Origin: an uncultured bacterium
Lineage (GTDB): Bacteria; Planctomycetota; UBA1135; GCA-002686595
NCBI GenBank assembly: GCA_943787795.1
Contig: CALSNU010000006.1
Span: forward strand, 512,001-576,000
Reading direction: 5' to 3'
Length of the DNA stretch: 64,000 nt
Of this stretch, positions 9,647 to 19,890 are shown piece after piece. Made by a program: the position numbers and the translations under genes. The notes under the pieces are model-generated. The model had not been told where the DNA came from. It saw only the letters and a list, made by a program, of their open reading frames with translations, and ran no database searches. The number at the start of each line of letters is the position of its first letter. Position 1 is the first letter of the stretch.

Positions 9647-11113
9647 ATGACGCTGACTTCGCCCTCGCCCTCCTCGCCGCCGCCCTCGCTCCAGGGCCCC
9701 ACGACCCAGGCCGCGCCCTCCGGGGCGGACGAGCCCCGGCGCCCGAAACCTCGTCTTCGCCATCGCCGACGACTGGGGCTGGCCCCACGCCGGCGCCTAC
9801 GGGGACAAGGCGGTCGCCACCCCGGCCTTCGACCGCGTGGCCCGCGAGGGGGTCCTCTTCGAACAGGCCTTCGTCTCCTCCCCGTCCTGCACCCCGAGCC
9901 GCGGCGCGATCCTCACGGGCCAACACTTCTTCCGCCTGGGCGCGGGAGCGAACCTGTGGAACGAGTGGCCCCAGGACCAGTTCGCCGAGTACCCCGCCCT
10001 CCTCGAGGCCGCGGGCTACCACGTCGGCTCCTGGCGCAAGGCGTGGGGTCCGGGCAAGGGCGCCCCGGCGGGCAAGAAGTACAAGGGCGTCGAGGCCTAC
10101 CTCGAGGCGCGGCCCGAGGGGGCGCCGCTGTGCTTCTGGTTCGGCGCCTGGGACCCCCACCGCGGCTACGAGGCCGGCAGCGGCGTGGCGGACGGGATCG
10201 CGCTCGAGGACGTGCACCTGTTCGGCCACTTCCCCGACGACCCCGTCGTGCGCTCGGACGTGGCCGACTACTACTTCGAGGTCCAGCGCTTCGACCGGGA
10301 CGTGGCGCGGCTGATGGAGCAGCTCGAGGCCATCGGCGAGCTGGACAACACCCTGCTCGTGGTCACCGGGGACCACGGCATGCCCTTCCCGCGCTGCAAG
10401 GGCAACGTCCACGACTCCGGCGCCCGCGTGCCCCTGGCGGCCCGCTGGGGGGATCGCCTCGTCGCAGGCCAGACCGTCGTGACCTCGTCTCGCTCATCGA
10501 CGTCGCCCCCACCTTCCTCGAGGCCGCCGGGCTCGAGGTGCCGAGCCAGATGACGGGCCGTAGCCTGCTGCCGCTCATGACCCGGATCGGTGAGGAGGAC
10601 TTCCTGCGCACCATGGAGTTCCGCGACCGGGTCCTGATCGGGCGCGAGCGCCATGTGCCCTGTCAGGAGGCGCCGCTGATGGAGGGCTACCCGGTGCGCG
10701 CGCTGCGCACCATGGACCACCTCCTGGTCCACAACCTCTTCCCCGACCGCTGGCCAGCGGGGACCCCCGACCACAAGAACTGCGCCACCCGCGGGTCCTG
10801 GTTCGGCGACTGCGACAACGGCCCCACCAAGCTCTTCCTCTGGGAGCACCGGGATGAGCAGGCGGTCCGCCCCTACTTCGACCTGTGCTTCGCCAAGCGT
10901 CCTGAGTTCGAGCTCTACGACCTCCGCACCGACCCCATGCAGGTCAACAACCTCGCGGACGACCCCGCGTACGGGGAGACCCTGGAGGCCCTGAAGCGAG
11001 AGCTCGCGAGCGGGCTGGAGGACGCAGGCGACCCTCGCTCCCGTGGAGAGGGCGCGGCTCTCGAGGGGCACCGCTACCTCGGCGGCGGCGGCGGCAAGTG
11101 GCCCTACCGCTGA
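9647..11113 (+). CDS. Sulfatase (Cys-type formylglycine motif), frameshifted
   Basis: NLVFAIADDWG, CTPSRGAILTG, GDHGMPFPR, DLVSLIDVAPT, ELYDLRTDP. Frame changes near 9746 and 10478, probably also in the signal peptide. Confidence 0.85.
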   Translation: MTLTSPSPSSPPPSLQGPTTQAAPSGADEPRRPKPRLRHRRRLGLAPRRRLRGQGGRHPGLRPRGPRGGPLRTGLRLLPVLHPEPRRDPHGPTLLPPGRGSEPVERVAPGPVRRVPRPPRGRGLPRRLLAQGVGSGQGRPGGQEVQGRRGLPRGAARGGAAVLLVRRLGPPPRLRGRQRRGGRDRARGRAPVRPLPRRPRRALGRGRLLLRGPALRPGRGAADGAARGHRRAGQHPARGHRGPRHALPALQGQRPRLRRPRAPGGPLGGSPRRRPDRRDLVSLIDVAPTFLEAAGLEVPSQMTGRSLLPLMTRIGEEDFLRTMEFRDRVLIGRERHVPCQEAPLMEGYPVRALRTMDHLLVHNLFPDRWPAGTPDHKNCATRGSWFGDCDNGPTKLFLWEHRDEQAVRPYFDLCFAKRPEFELYDLRTDPMQVNNLADDPAYGETLEALKRELASGLEDAGDPRSRGEGAALEGHRYLGGGGGKWPYR

Positions 11114-11243
11114 CCCGGCCCGGGCCCAGCGGCCGCACCCGAGCCTGAACGGCTCGCCCAGCCCCCCCCCGGTTGGCTCGGCGGCGTTGCCGCGGGCCAG
11201 TTCTTCCGATCAGCTCTCTGCTCCCCACGGCACACTCTCCCCC

Positions 11244-12773
11244 ATGGAGACCCCCGACCACCTTCACCTCAGCCTCGCCTTCCCCGGCCTCCCCGAGCTT
11301 GGGGAGCTCGCGAAGGACTTCGCCAGCCACGCCCTGCGCCTCGCCGACTTCGAGGGGGATCAGCTGGAACGCCTACGGGCGGCCTTCCTCTCTAGCCTCG
11401 CCCTGATCGAGGACACGCTCGCGCGTGAGGGGGACCCCGTCGTGGACATCGAGGTCCACGCGATCATCGACGCCGTCGCCCTGGAGTTTCAGATCCTCGA
11501 GCACGGCATCCCCCTCGGCGACGGCACCGGAGCGGAGGGGGGCGCCCCCGAAGCGGGCGGTGACATCGCGGACCGCGTCCGCCCGGTCCCCGCCTTCGAC
11601 CGGCTCTGGTGGACGCAGAGGGGCGCCGAGGGGTCCGAGCTGCACCTCCGCGTTCACCGTCCCCACGCCGCGATCGATGTGCTGGAGGCGGTCCAGCACC
11701 GACTCGAGGAGGAGCACGCCGAGCACACCGACCTGGATCGTTCGGAGCAGACGGGCGAGTACCGCATCCGGGGCTACCGACCCGAGGACGGCCTCGAGGT
11801 CGCCCGGCGCATCTACGAGGCCTACGGGAGGTCCTACGCCAACCCCGACCTCTATGTCCCGGACCGCATCGAGGAGCTCAACCGCGGCGGCCAGCTCCAC
11901 TCGATCGTCTGCGAGTCTCCCGACGGCGACATCGTCGGGCACTACGCCCTCGAGCGCCCCGACCTTGGACCCACGGGGGAGGCGGGGCAGGCGGTCATCG
12001 ACCACCGGCACCGGGGCCACGGGCTGATGAAGCCCATGCGCGCCGCGGTGGAGAAGGCGGGCGAAGAGCTCGGGCTGCTCGGGGTCTGGAGCCAGCCCAC
12101 GGCCATGCACCCCCTGAGCCAGCGCATGAACATCAAGTTCGGCTCGGTCCCCACCGCCGTCCAGCTCGGCCTCATCCCGGGCAGCATGAGCCTCCGTGGC
12201 GGCGTCGCCGGGGAGTCCGCCGACCACGACAAGGGCGGGCGCGGCTCGACCTTCCTCTACTGGCACCCGTTCGGGGACGAGCCCGCCCTGGCCGCCCACG
12301 CACCGGAGGCACTCCACCCGCTCCTCGCCGACCTGTACGAGGCCCGCGGGCGGCAGGTCGACTTCGGTGGGAAGGGCCCCGGCCCGACGCCGGGGAGCGG
12401 CGAGGCCGTGCACTGCCGGTACTCCGGCGCGCTCGGCACCGCGTGGGTGGTGGCGGACCGCATCGAGGCCGGCGCGGAACACACCATCCGCACCACCGTT
12501 GACGCCATGGCGTCCGGCGCGGGCGCGGGGACGGTCTACGTGGACCTGCCCCTGGACGACGCCGGCACGCCGGCCGTCGCGGAGGCCCTGCTCGCCTCTG
12601 GCTTCCAGATCGCCGGCATCGCCCCCCGCTGCATCCCCCGGACTGACGGCCGCATCGCCGAGGACGCGCTGCGCCTCGCGGTCCATCCCGTCTCGGTCGA
12701 CCTCCCCGGCGTCGTCGCTGAGGGCCCCCTCGGCCAGCGCCTCCTCGCCCTCGCCACAGGCGCGGGAGCCTGA
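11244..12773 (+). CDS. GNAT family acetyltransferase with an N-terminal degenerate RsbW/HATPase-like domain
   Basis: Acetyl-CoA-binding motif AVIDHRHRGHGL; N-terminal region LEFQILEHGIP...GSELHLR resembles the anti-sigma kinase fold. Confidence 0.75.
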   Translation: METPDHLHLSLAFPGLPELGELAKDFASHALRLADFEGDQLERLRAAFLSSLALIEDTLAREGDPVVDIEVHAIIDAVALEFQILEHGIPLGDGTGAEGGAPEAGGDIADRVRPVPAFDRLWWTQRGAEGSELHLRVHRPHAAIDVLEAVQHRLEEEHAEHTDLDRSEQTGEYRIRGYRPEDGLEVARRIYEAYGRSYANPDLYVPDRIEELNRGGQLHSIVCESPDGDIVGHYALERPDLGPTGEAGQAVIDHRHRGHGLMKPMRAAVEKAGEELGLLGVWSQPTAMHPLSQRMNIKFGSVPTAVQLGLIPGSMSLRGGVAGESADHDKGGRGSTFLYWHPFGDEPALAAHAPEALHPLLADLYEARGRQVDFGGKGPGPTPGSGEAVHCRYSGALGTAWVVADRIEAGAEHTIRTTVDAMASGAGAGTVYVDLPLDDAGTPAVAEALLASGFQIAGIAPRCIPRTDGRIAEDALRLAVHPVSVDLPGVVAEGPLGQRLLALATGAGA

Positions 12774-12876
12774 CGTCCACGAGCTGCGCTGACCCGCGTT
12801 GAGCTCAGCGGCCCACCGGGGCCGCCCAGGGCACGCCCCCCCCCTGGAGAGCTCGACCCCGCTCGAGAGCGGCCGG

Positions 12877-14022
12877 CTAGACCGGCTGCATTCGAACGGA
12901 CGGGAGCTTCGAGGCGGCCCACCTGGCCCCGATGATGTTGGTGGCCATCGGCCCCAGACGAAGGCGAGCGAGAGGTCCGCACACATGGACTCCTCGGCCC
13001 CAGTGCATGTCGCTGTCCAGCCGCGGGATGCCGTTGATGATCGGCAGGCCGAGACGCTCGGCGGAGGTCCGCAACCAGCCCGTGACCGTCTCGCGCTGGA
13101 GCCCGGTGGCCAAGGTCAGCCCGGAGGATTCCACGACTCGCCCACCCCCGCGGAGCACGAGGTGCTCCTTGGCCGCGTCCCACTCGACGGACGGTGCCTC
13201 GAGCTGTAGCTCGATGGAGCCGCGCCGGACGGCCCGGGCGAGCCGCGACGCCAGGCCGGAGGGCACGCTCCCCCCGACCGCATGGCGGTGGAGGAAGTTC
13301 AGCCGCTCGGAGACCTGGAGGTCCACCCACCTCCCGACGAAGCGGTGCTTCGCCCAGGACCGGTCGACGTCAAAGTCCGCCACGCGGACCGGCCGACGCA
13401 TCCAGAGGCGCACGGTCTGCCCCGTGGAGCGCTGGACCATCAGGGCGCGCTGGACCGCCGAAATGCCCCCACCCAGGATGTCATGGTCCAGCTGTGCGCC
13501 GGGGCCGAAGGCGTGGTGGATCGGCGCCCCCTCCCGCTGAAGCCGGCGCGCCCACGGGGGCGTGCGAGGCACGTTGGAGCCTGTCGCGATCAGGACGCGC
13601 CGCGCGGCGATCTCCACCCCCTGCCCTTGCACCAGGAGGTGATCGCGCTCGGTCCGGATCGAATCCACTCGCCCCGGGATGACCGCCTCATCGAGGCGGT
13701 GCCGGGCTACGAGCGCCCGGGAGTGCCGCAGGAACGCGTCGTAGGTTGGCCTCCGAAACGTCCCGGCGAGCTCCGCGACCTCCGCGTTCTCGCGGAGGTG
13801 CAGGAACTGATGGAGGCTCCCCGGTTGGGCGTCGAGGTGATGGCCCACGGGGGAGCGCATCCACGTCATCCCCACGGCGCTGGCTCTGGACCCCCATCGG
13901 TGCAGCAGCCGGCCGGAGGGCTCGATGATACGAATCGACGCGCCCTGGGCATGGAGCGCCTGACCGGCGCAGACCCCGTGGGGCCCGCCGCCGACGATCA
14001 CCCAGTCATGGGGTTCTCTCAC
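12877..14022 (-). CDS. FAD/NAD(P)-binding oxidoreductase
   Basis: DWVIVGGGPHG dinucleotide motif, MTWMRSP, LIATG, GGGISAVQ, LATG. GTG start at 14022 chosen from an upstream GAGGG. Confidence 0.8.
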   Translation of the reverse strand: MREPHDWVIVGGGPHGVCAGQALHAQGASIRIIEPSGRLLHRWGSRASAVGMTWMRSPVGHHLDAQPGSLHQFLHLRENAEVAELAGTFRRPTYDAFLRHSRALVARHRLDEAVIPGRVDSIRTERDHLLVQGQGVEIAARRVLIATGSNVPRTPPWARRLQREGAPIHHAFGPGAQLDHDILGGGISAVQRALMVQRSTGQTVRLWMRRPVRVADFDVDRSWAKHRFVGRWVDLQVSERLNFLHRHAVGGSVPSGLASRLARAVRRGSIELQLEAPSVEWDAAKEHLVLRGGGRVVESSGLTLATGLQRETVTGWLRTSAERLGLPIINGIPRLDSDMHWGRGVHVCGPLARLRLGPMATNIIGARWAASKLPSVRMQPV

Positions 14023-14421
14023 GCCCTCATGGCGTTCGGGTACGCGGCCGTGGAGACCCGGCGCCGGGTCGTCAGCATCGAGCGCCACGTGGTTGGCGTC
14101 TGGCACCGAGTGGTTGAGATCGGGCACCTGGTCACGCACCTGCCGCGCCCCCCCGGGCCGTCCAGGAGATTGGACCACCGCTGGGCATCGCGGCGCCGGC
14201 GCACGTCTTGCGAAGGGCCTTCATTCCACGGGCCCAATGCCAGCCCCGGGCTCCAGGTTCCCGCGACCTGTTCGATTCTCCCGGAGCCGCCAGCCCACGC
14301 ACAAGGGGCAGCGTGAGCCAAGGGACCCGCTTGGGCGGATGAACGCAGGACCTCTCGGCGGTCCGGCAGGATCTTTGCCCACATGCGGGAACTGCCCCTG
14401 GCCCGGCGGCATCTGGCAGGT

Positions 14422-15654
14422 ATGGCTCATCTCCCCGTCACCGTGCTCTCAGGCTTCCTCGGCTCAGGTAAGACCACCCTCCTCGCCCACATGCTGGCCA
14501 ACCGCGAGGGCCGCCGCGTCGCGGTGCTCGTCAACGAGATGAGTGAGAAGGGTCTCGATGGGGAGCTGCTCGTCGCCGCGCGGGACGCTGGGATCGAGGT
14601 CCTCCAGAGCGAGGAGCGCCTGATCGAGCTCTCCAACGGCTGCATCTGCTGCACGCTGCGCGAGGACCTCCTCGAGGAGGTCGGGCGGATCGCCGACGAC
14701 GGCGCCTATGACGCCTTGGTGATCGAGTCCACCGGCATCTCCGAGCCGCTCCCGGTGGCCCAGACGCTCTCCCTCGACCACGAGGATGTGCCCTCGGTCT
14801 CCGACCGCGTCGCCGTGGACGCCATGGTCACCGTCGTGGATGCGTCGAGGGTGCTCACGGAGATGAGCGGAGAGGATGACATCGTGGACCGGGGCTGGGC
14901 CGACGACGAGGAGGACCGCCGCCCCGTGGCACAGCTCATGGCCGAGCAGATCGAGTTCGCGACGATCATCGTCGTGAACAAGACCGACCTCGTGGATGAG
15001 GACGGCCTCGCCCGCGTCGAGGCGCTCATCGCGGACCTCAACCCCTCCGCCCAGCTCCTGCGCGCGGAGTATGGCCGCCTCCCGCTCGATCAGCTCCTGG
15101 AGACCCGGAGCTTCGACCTCGAGGCCGCGCAGGCAGCCCCCGGCTGGGTTCAGGCCCTCGCGGAGGACCACACACCGGAGAGTGAGGCCTTCGGCTTCGG
15201 CTCGTTTGTCTTCCGCGCTCGACGCCCCTTTCACCCGGTCCGCTTCATGGACTTCCTCCAGTCCCCGCTCATGCGGCAGGTGCTGCGCTCCAAGGGCTTC
15301 ATCTGGGTCGCGACGCGGCCGCGGGAGAAGGCCCTCGTCCAGAGCGCCGGCCAGCAGGCGACCTTCCAGCCGGCGGGCACCTGGTGGGCGCTCGTGCCAG
15401 AGGAAGAGTGGCCGACCGACCCCGACTCACGCCGACACATCGAGGCGGTCTGGGACGAGGACTTCGGTGACATGCGCCAGGAGCTGGTGCTGATCGGCGT
15501 GAGGCTCCCGCGCGAGGAGATCGAGGAGGCGCTGGAGGCAGCGCTCCTCACCCCAGGCGAGATGGAGGGCGGGCTGGACGAGTGGCTCACCCTCGAGGAC
15601 CCGCTCCCCCGCTGGGAAGAGGCCGAGGTCCACCAGCACGCGGGTACCCCCTGA
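14422..15654 (+). CDS. zigA: COG0523 (CobW/YciC/ZigA) zinc metallochaperone GTPase
   Basis: [49 protein letters not shown]. Confidence 0.93.
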   Translation: MAHLPVTVLSGFLGSGKTTLLAHMLANREGRRVAVLVNEMSEKGLDGELLVAARDAGIEVLQSEERLIELSNGCICCTLREDLLEEVGRIADDGAYDALVIESTGISEPLPVAQTLSLDHEDVPSVSDRVAVDAMVTVVDASRVLTEMSGEDDIVDRGWADDEEDRRPVAQLMAEQIEFATIIVVNKTDLVDEDGLARVEALIADLNPSAQLLRAEYGRLPLDQLLETRSFDLEAAQAAPGWVQALAEDHTPESEAFGFGSFVFRARRPFHPVRFMDFLQSPLMRQVLRSKGFIWVATRPREKALVQSAGQQATFQPAGTWWALVPEEEWPTDPDSRRHIEAVWDEDFGDMRQELVLIGVRLPREEIEEALEAALLTPGEMEGGLDEWLTLEDPLPRWEEAEVHQHAGTP

Positions 15655-15730
15655 GGCACCTGGCCCACGCGGCCCACCTGGCCCACCTGGCGCACCCGGC
15701 GCACCCGGCGCACCCCGGCGCACCCGGCGA
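15655..15730. repeat. Degenerate 9-bp tandem repeat (C[CG]CACC[TC]GG, about 8 units)
   Basis: Read directly; begins immediately after the GTPase stop codon. Confidence 0.85.
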
Positions 15731-15839
15731 CACATTCTCGACGCACTCCCCACGCGCGGCCCATTCGGCCACCGGTTCCCACGGCCCGGCCGAGGGTCAC
15801 GGATCCGTGGAGATTGAGGGCCTAGAGGAGCCGGCGAAG

Positions 15840-15903
15840 CTCCTCTGCGGGTTCCTCTGCGGGCTCCTCTGCGGGCTCCTCTGCGGGCTCCTCTGCGGGC
15901 TCC
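15840..15903. repeat. 12-bp tandem repeat CTCCTCTGCGGG x5
   Basis: Read directly; the second unit has one mismatch. Confidence 0.95.
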
Positions 15904-16132
15904 GAGAGCTCGGGCTCGTCCGTCCGCCCGCGAGCTGACGGTCTCCTGACCCGGCCTCGTGTCACACCCTGAGGCTGCGGCTCCGCGGCGGCGCCACGTC
16001 GCCGGGCCGGCGAAAGTTTTGGGGGAGCGCCCTGCCCCTGCCCGGCGGCACTCGACGACCCTGGGCCTGCCAAACCCCGAGGTCGCCCAGCACAGGGCCG
16101 GCCGAGCTTCCCACTTCCGCGCTGCAGTCCCC

Positions 16133-19100
16133 ATGAACTCTCGACTCTCCCCCTCGGTCGCCCCCCACGGGTGGCTCGCCATCACCGCCCTCAGCCTCCT
16201 CGGCGCCGCCTCCGCCGCGCCGCAAGGCGCAGGCCAGGCAGGCATGCTGCGCTACCCGGACGTCAGCGACACGAGCATCGTGTTCGTGTACGCCAATGAC
16301 CTCTGGCTGGTACCGCGGGCGGGCGGAACCGCCCTGCCCCTGGCGAGCCCTCCCGGCGCCGAGCGCAGCCCGCGCTTCAGCCCGGACGGCCAGCAGGTCG
16401 CGTTCAGCGGCAACTACGACGGGGACAGCGACCTCTACACGATCTCGACGGAGGGCGGCCTGCCCTTCCGCGTGACCCACCATCCCGGCGGCGACATGTT
16501 CAGCGACTGGACGGCCGACGGTCGGCTGATCTTCTCGACCTCGGCCTTCTCGGGCCAGCGGCGCGCGCCGCGTATGTTCACCGTCCCGAGCACAGGCGGG
16601 CTCCCGGTGCAGGTCTCGGTGCCCTACGGGCTGAACGGCACGATCCACGAGGACGGCAAGCTGCTGGCGTACACGCCCAACGCCCGGGATGGCCGCAACT
16701 GGAAGCGCTACGTCGGCGGGACCGCCAGCGACATCTGGCTCTTCAACCTCGAAGACCGGAGCTCGCAGCGCGTGACCGAGTGGGAGGGCACGGACAGCTT
16801 CCCCATGTGGCACGGGGACGACCTCTACTACGTCTCGGACCGCGGGCCCGCCCATCGCCTGAACGTCTGGAAGTATGACGTGGCCGCGGGCGAGCACTCC
16901 CAGGTCACGACCTTCACTGAATTCGACGTCAAGTGGCCCGCGATTGGCCCCGGCGATCAGGGCCAGGGAGAGATCGTCTTCCAGAACAACTCGGGGCTGT
17001 TCCTCGTCGACCTGGGCACGCAGGCCACCCGCCCCGTCAACGTGAAGATCCCCGGCGCCATCGAGACGGCGCGGCCCCGCACCGTGGACGTCTCGGACGC
17101 CATCTCGGTCAGCCGCATCTCCAGCACCGGCAAGCGCGCCGTGGTGGCGTCGCGCGGTGACATCTGGACGCTGCCGGCTGAGCAAGGCAAGGCGCGCAAC
17201 CTGACGGCGACCAGCGGAGTCGCCGAGCGTGACCCGTCCTGGAGCCCGGACGGACGCTGGATCGCCTACTTCTCGGACGAGACGGGCGAGTACGAGCTGT
17301 TCGTGAAGCAGTCCGACGGGCGCGGCGAGACGAAGCAGCTCACGGAGGGTACGGAGGGCTTCAAGTACGACCCGACCTGGTCCCCGAACTCCGAGAAGGT
17401 CGCGTTCAGCGACCGCTCGGGCACGATCTACGTGCACGACATCGCAGCCGGCACCACCAAGGCGATCGACCAGAATGAGGCCGCGGAGTGGGGCGTCCCC
17501 GTGAACTGGTCCCACGACAGCCGCTGGCTCACCTACACCAACCTCGCCGACGAGAGCTCGCGGACCAACGTCGTGATCTTCGACACAGTCGCGGACAAGA
17601 AGCACGTCGTCACGAGCTCCATGTTCCAGGACAGCAGCCCGACCTTCGACCGCGAGGGGGACTTCCTGTACTTCGGCAGCGTCCGCGACTTCAGCGGCCA
17701 GCGCGGGTCGATGATCGACTCGAACTACATCTACGACGACGGCGAGGTGCTCCTGGCTGTCCCCCTGCGCGGGGACGTCGAGTTCCCCTGGACCCCGAAG
17801 AGCGACGAGGAGTCCTGGGGCGACGGAGACGAGGGTGACGACACGCCCGAAGAGGACGCCGAAGGCGAGGAGGAGCGTGAGGGCACGCCCGCGGCGGACG
17901 ACGGCGTCAGCGGGAGCTACTCCGGCACGCTCACGATGGCGGGCCAGCCCGAGATGCCCATCTCCGCGAGCCTGAGCCTCGACGGCACCCGCCTCAGCGG
18001 CTCGGCGACCTCCCCCCTCGGGAACGCCGAGGTCAGCGGCGACCTGGACCCTGAGACCGGAGCCTGCAGCGGGAGTCTCGCCCTGGACTCGGGCGGAGAG
18101 GCCCAGTTCGATGGGTCGATCAAGGACGGCGCCCTCGAGTGGACCGTCTCCACGAACGAGGGCGACATCACGGTCGTGGCCGAGCGCTCAAGCCCGGCCT
18201 CCGGCGAAGGGCGCGACGACGAGGACACCGACAAGGACACCGACGAGGAGGACGACAAGGACGCCCCAGAGACCGTCGAGATCGACTTCGAGGGCTTCGA
18301 GCACCGCGCGCTCCAGCTCCCCGTGGCCTCGGGCAACTTCGCGAGCCTCTCGGTGAACCACAAGGGGCACCTGCTCTACGTCCGCCGCGGCTCAGGCATC
18401 AAAGCCTACGACCTGCACGGGGACGACCAGGCGGAGAAGAGCGTCACCGCCGGCGGCGACTTCAGCCTGTCCGCAGACGGCAAGCAGCTCCTCGTGGGGC
18501 GCGGCAACGATCCTGCCATCGGCAAGGCCGGCGAGGGCAGCTCGCCCAAGAGCGTCAAGAAGGACGGCATGGAGGCCCGCATCGACCCGCGCCAGGAGTG
18601 GCCCCAGGTCTACCGCGACGCGTGGCGCTTCTTCCGCGACTACTTCTACGCCGCCAACATGCATGGCGTGGACTGGCCTGCGGTCTACGAGCAGTACCTG
18701 CCCATGATCGCCTACTGCGCGAACCGCGAGGACGTGGACTACGTGATGCGCGAGCTCGTCGCCGAGCTCAACGTGGGGCACGCCTACGTCCGCGGGGGTC
18801 CGATGGAACGGGGCCCGCGCGTCGGCGTGGGGCTCTTGGGCTGTGACTACACCCTGGAGAACGGCGCCTACCGCATCGCGCACATCGTCGAGGGCGGCGT
18901 CTGGGACTCGGATGCCCGCGGCCCCCTCAGCATGCCGGGCGTCGACGTGCGCGAGGGGGACTACCTCCTCGCCGTGGATGGGGTCCCCATGGACACGGGC
19001 AAGGACCCCTGGGCCGCCTTCCTCGGGAAGGGTGGCGAGGCCGTCGAGCTGACGGTGAGCGCCGCCCCCACCATGGACGACACGGCGCGCAAGGTGATGG

Positions 19101-19813
19101 TCAAGGCGCTCTCCTCGGAGCGCGGCCTGCGCTATCGCGAGTGGATCGAGGGCAACCGCCAGATGGTCGAGGAGCTCTCCGGTGGCCGCGTGGGCTACGT
19201 CTACGTGCCCGACACCGGCCAGAACGGTCGCAACAACCTGTTCCGCCAGCTGTACGGCCAGTCCCACCTGGACGCGCTCATCATCGACGAGCGCTGGAAC
19301 GGCGGCGGGCAGTTCCCCAACCGGGAGATCGAGGCCCTCGACCGTCCGCGTACGAACTACTGGGGCCGCCGCTGGGGCCGCTCGATGGCGACGCCCAACG
19401 ACTCCCACCAGGGCCCCAAGTGCATGCTCATCAACCGCGACGCGGGCTCGGGGGGAGACATGTTCCCGTACCTGTTCCGGCAGGCGGGGCTCGGCAAGCT
19501 GATCGGCACGCGGACCTGGGGCGGCCTGGTCGGGTACTCCGGGAGCCCGCAGCTCATCGACGGCGGCACCCTCGCCGTGCCGTCCTTCGGGTTCTTTGAG
19601 CTCGACGGTACCTGGGGCGTGGAGGGCCACGGCGTCGCCCCTGACATCGAGGTCATGGACGACCCGGCCCTGATGCAAGACGGCGCCGACCCGCAGATCC
19701 AGGCCGCCGTGCAGCAGATGCTCAAGGAGCTGGAGACCGGCGCGTACCAGGCACCGACCCGCCCCGCGGACCCGAACCGGACCGGCATGGGACTGCCCGA
19801 GTCAGAGCGCTAG
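16133..19813 (+). CDS. Tricorn protease homolog (PD40 propellers, PDZ, S41 peptidase)
   Basis: MLRYPD, PRFSPDG and PSWSPDG repeats, ELNVGHAY, IIDERWNGGG, catalytic AGSGGD, GTRTWGG, VEGHGVAPD. Confidence 0.93.
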   Translation: MNSRLSPSVAPHGWLAITALSLLGAASAAPQGAGQAGMLRYPDVSDTSIVFVYANDLWLVPRAGGTALPLASPPGAERSPRFSPDGQQVAFSGNYDGDSDLYTISTEGGLPFRVTHHPGGDMFSDWTADGRLIFSTSAFSGQRRAPRMFTVPSTGGLPVQVSVPYGLNGTIHEDGKLLAYTPNARDGRNWKRYVGGTASDIWLFNLEDRSSQRVTEWEGTDSFPMWHGDDLYYVSDRGPAHRLNVWKYDVAAGEHSQVTTFTEFDVKWPAIGPGDQGQGEIVFQNNSGLFLVDLGTQATRPVNVKIPGAIETARPRTVDVSDAISVSRISSTGKRAVVASRGDIWTLPAEQGKARNLTATSGVAERDPSWSPDGRWIAYFSDETGEYELFVKQSDGRGETKQLTEGTEGFKYDPTWSPNSEKVAFSDRSGTIYVHDIAAGTTKAIDQNEAAEWGVPVNWSHDSRWLTYTNLADESSRTNVVIFDTVADKKHVVTSSMFQDSSPTFDREGDFLYFGSVRDFSGQRGSMIDSNYIYDDGEVLLAVPLRGDVEFPWTPKSDEESWGDGDEGDDTPEEDAEGEEEREGTPAADDGVSGSYSGTLTMAGQPEMPISASLSLDGTRLSGSATSPLGNAEVSGDLDPETGACSGSLALDSGGEAQFDGSIKDGALEWTVSTNEGDITVVAERSSPASGEGRDDEDTDKDTDEEDDKDAPETVEIDFEGFEHRALQLPVASGNFASLSVNHKGHLLYVRRGSGIKAYDLHGDDQAEKSVTAGGDFSLSADGKQLLVGRGNDPAIGKAGEGSSPKSVKKDGMEARIDPRQEWPQVYRDAWRFFRDYFYAANMHGVDWPAVYEQYLPMIAYCANREDVDYVMRELVAELNVGHAYVRGGPMERGPRVGVGLLGCDYTLENGAYRIAHIVEGGVWDSDARGPLSMPGVDVREGDYLLAVDGVPMDTGKDPWAAFLGKGGEAVELTVSAAPTMDDTARKVMVKALSSERGLRYREWIEGNRQMVEELSGGRVGYVYVPDTGQNGRNNLFRQLYGQSHLDALIIDERWNGGGQFPNREIEALDRPRTNYWGRRWGRSMATPNDSHQGPKCMLINRDAGSGGDMFPYLFRQAGLGKLIGTRTWGGLVGYSGSPQLIDGGTLAVPSFGFFELDGTWGVEGHGVAPDIEVMDDPALMQDGADPQIQAAVQQMLKELETGAYQAPTRPADPNRTGMGLPESER

Positions 19814-19843
19814 GCCCGAACCGAGGGGGCGTCGCCGGCCGGT

Positions 19844-19890
19844 GCTTCGTCGATGAGGAGCCTCGACCGAGAATCTCATCGATGAGAAGC
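19844..19890. terminator. Inverted-repeat hairpin between convergent genes
   Basis: GCTTCGTCGATGAG...CTCATCGATGAGAAGC, including the perfect palindrome TCTCATCGATGAGA (19874-19887). No U-tract. Confidence 0.4.

Noticed and set aside
14023..14421. Second copy of the Fur/Zur palindrome upstream of the COG0523 gene
   Set aside because: No match to ATGCCAATGCATTGGCAT could be found by eye.
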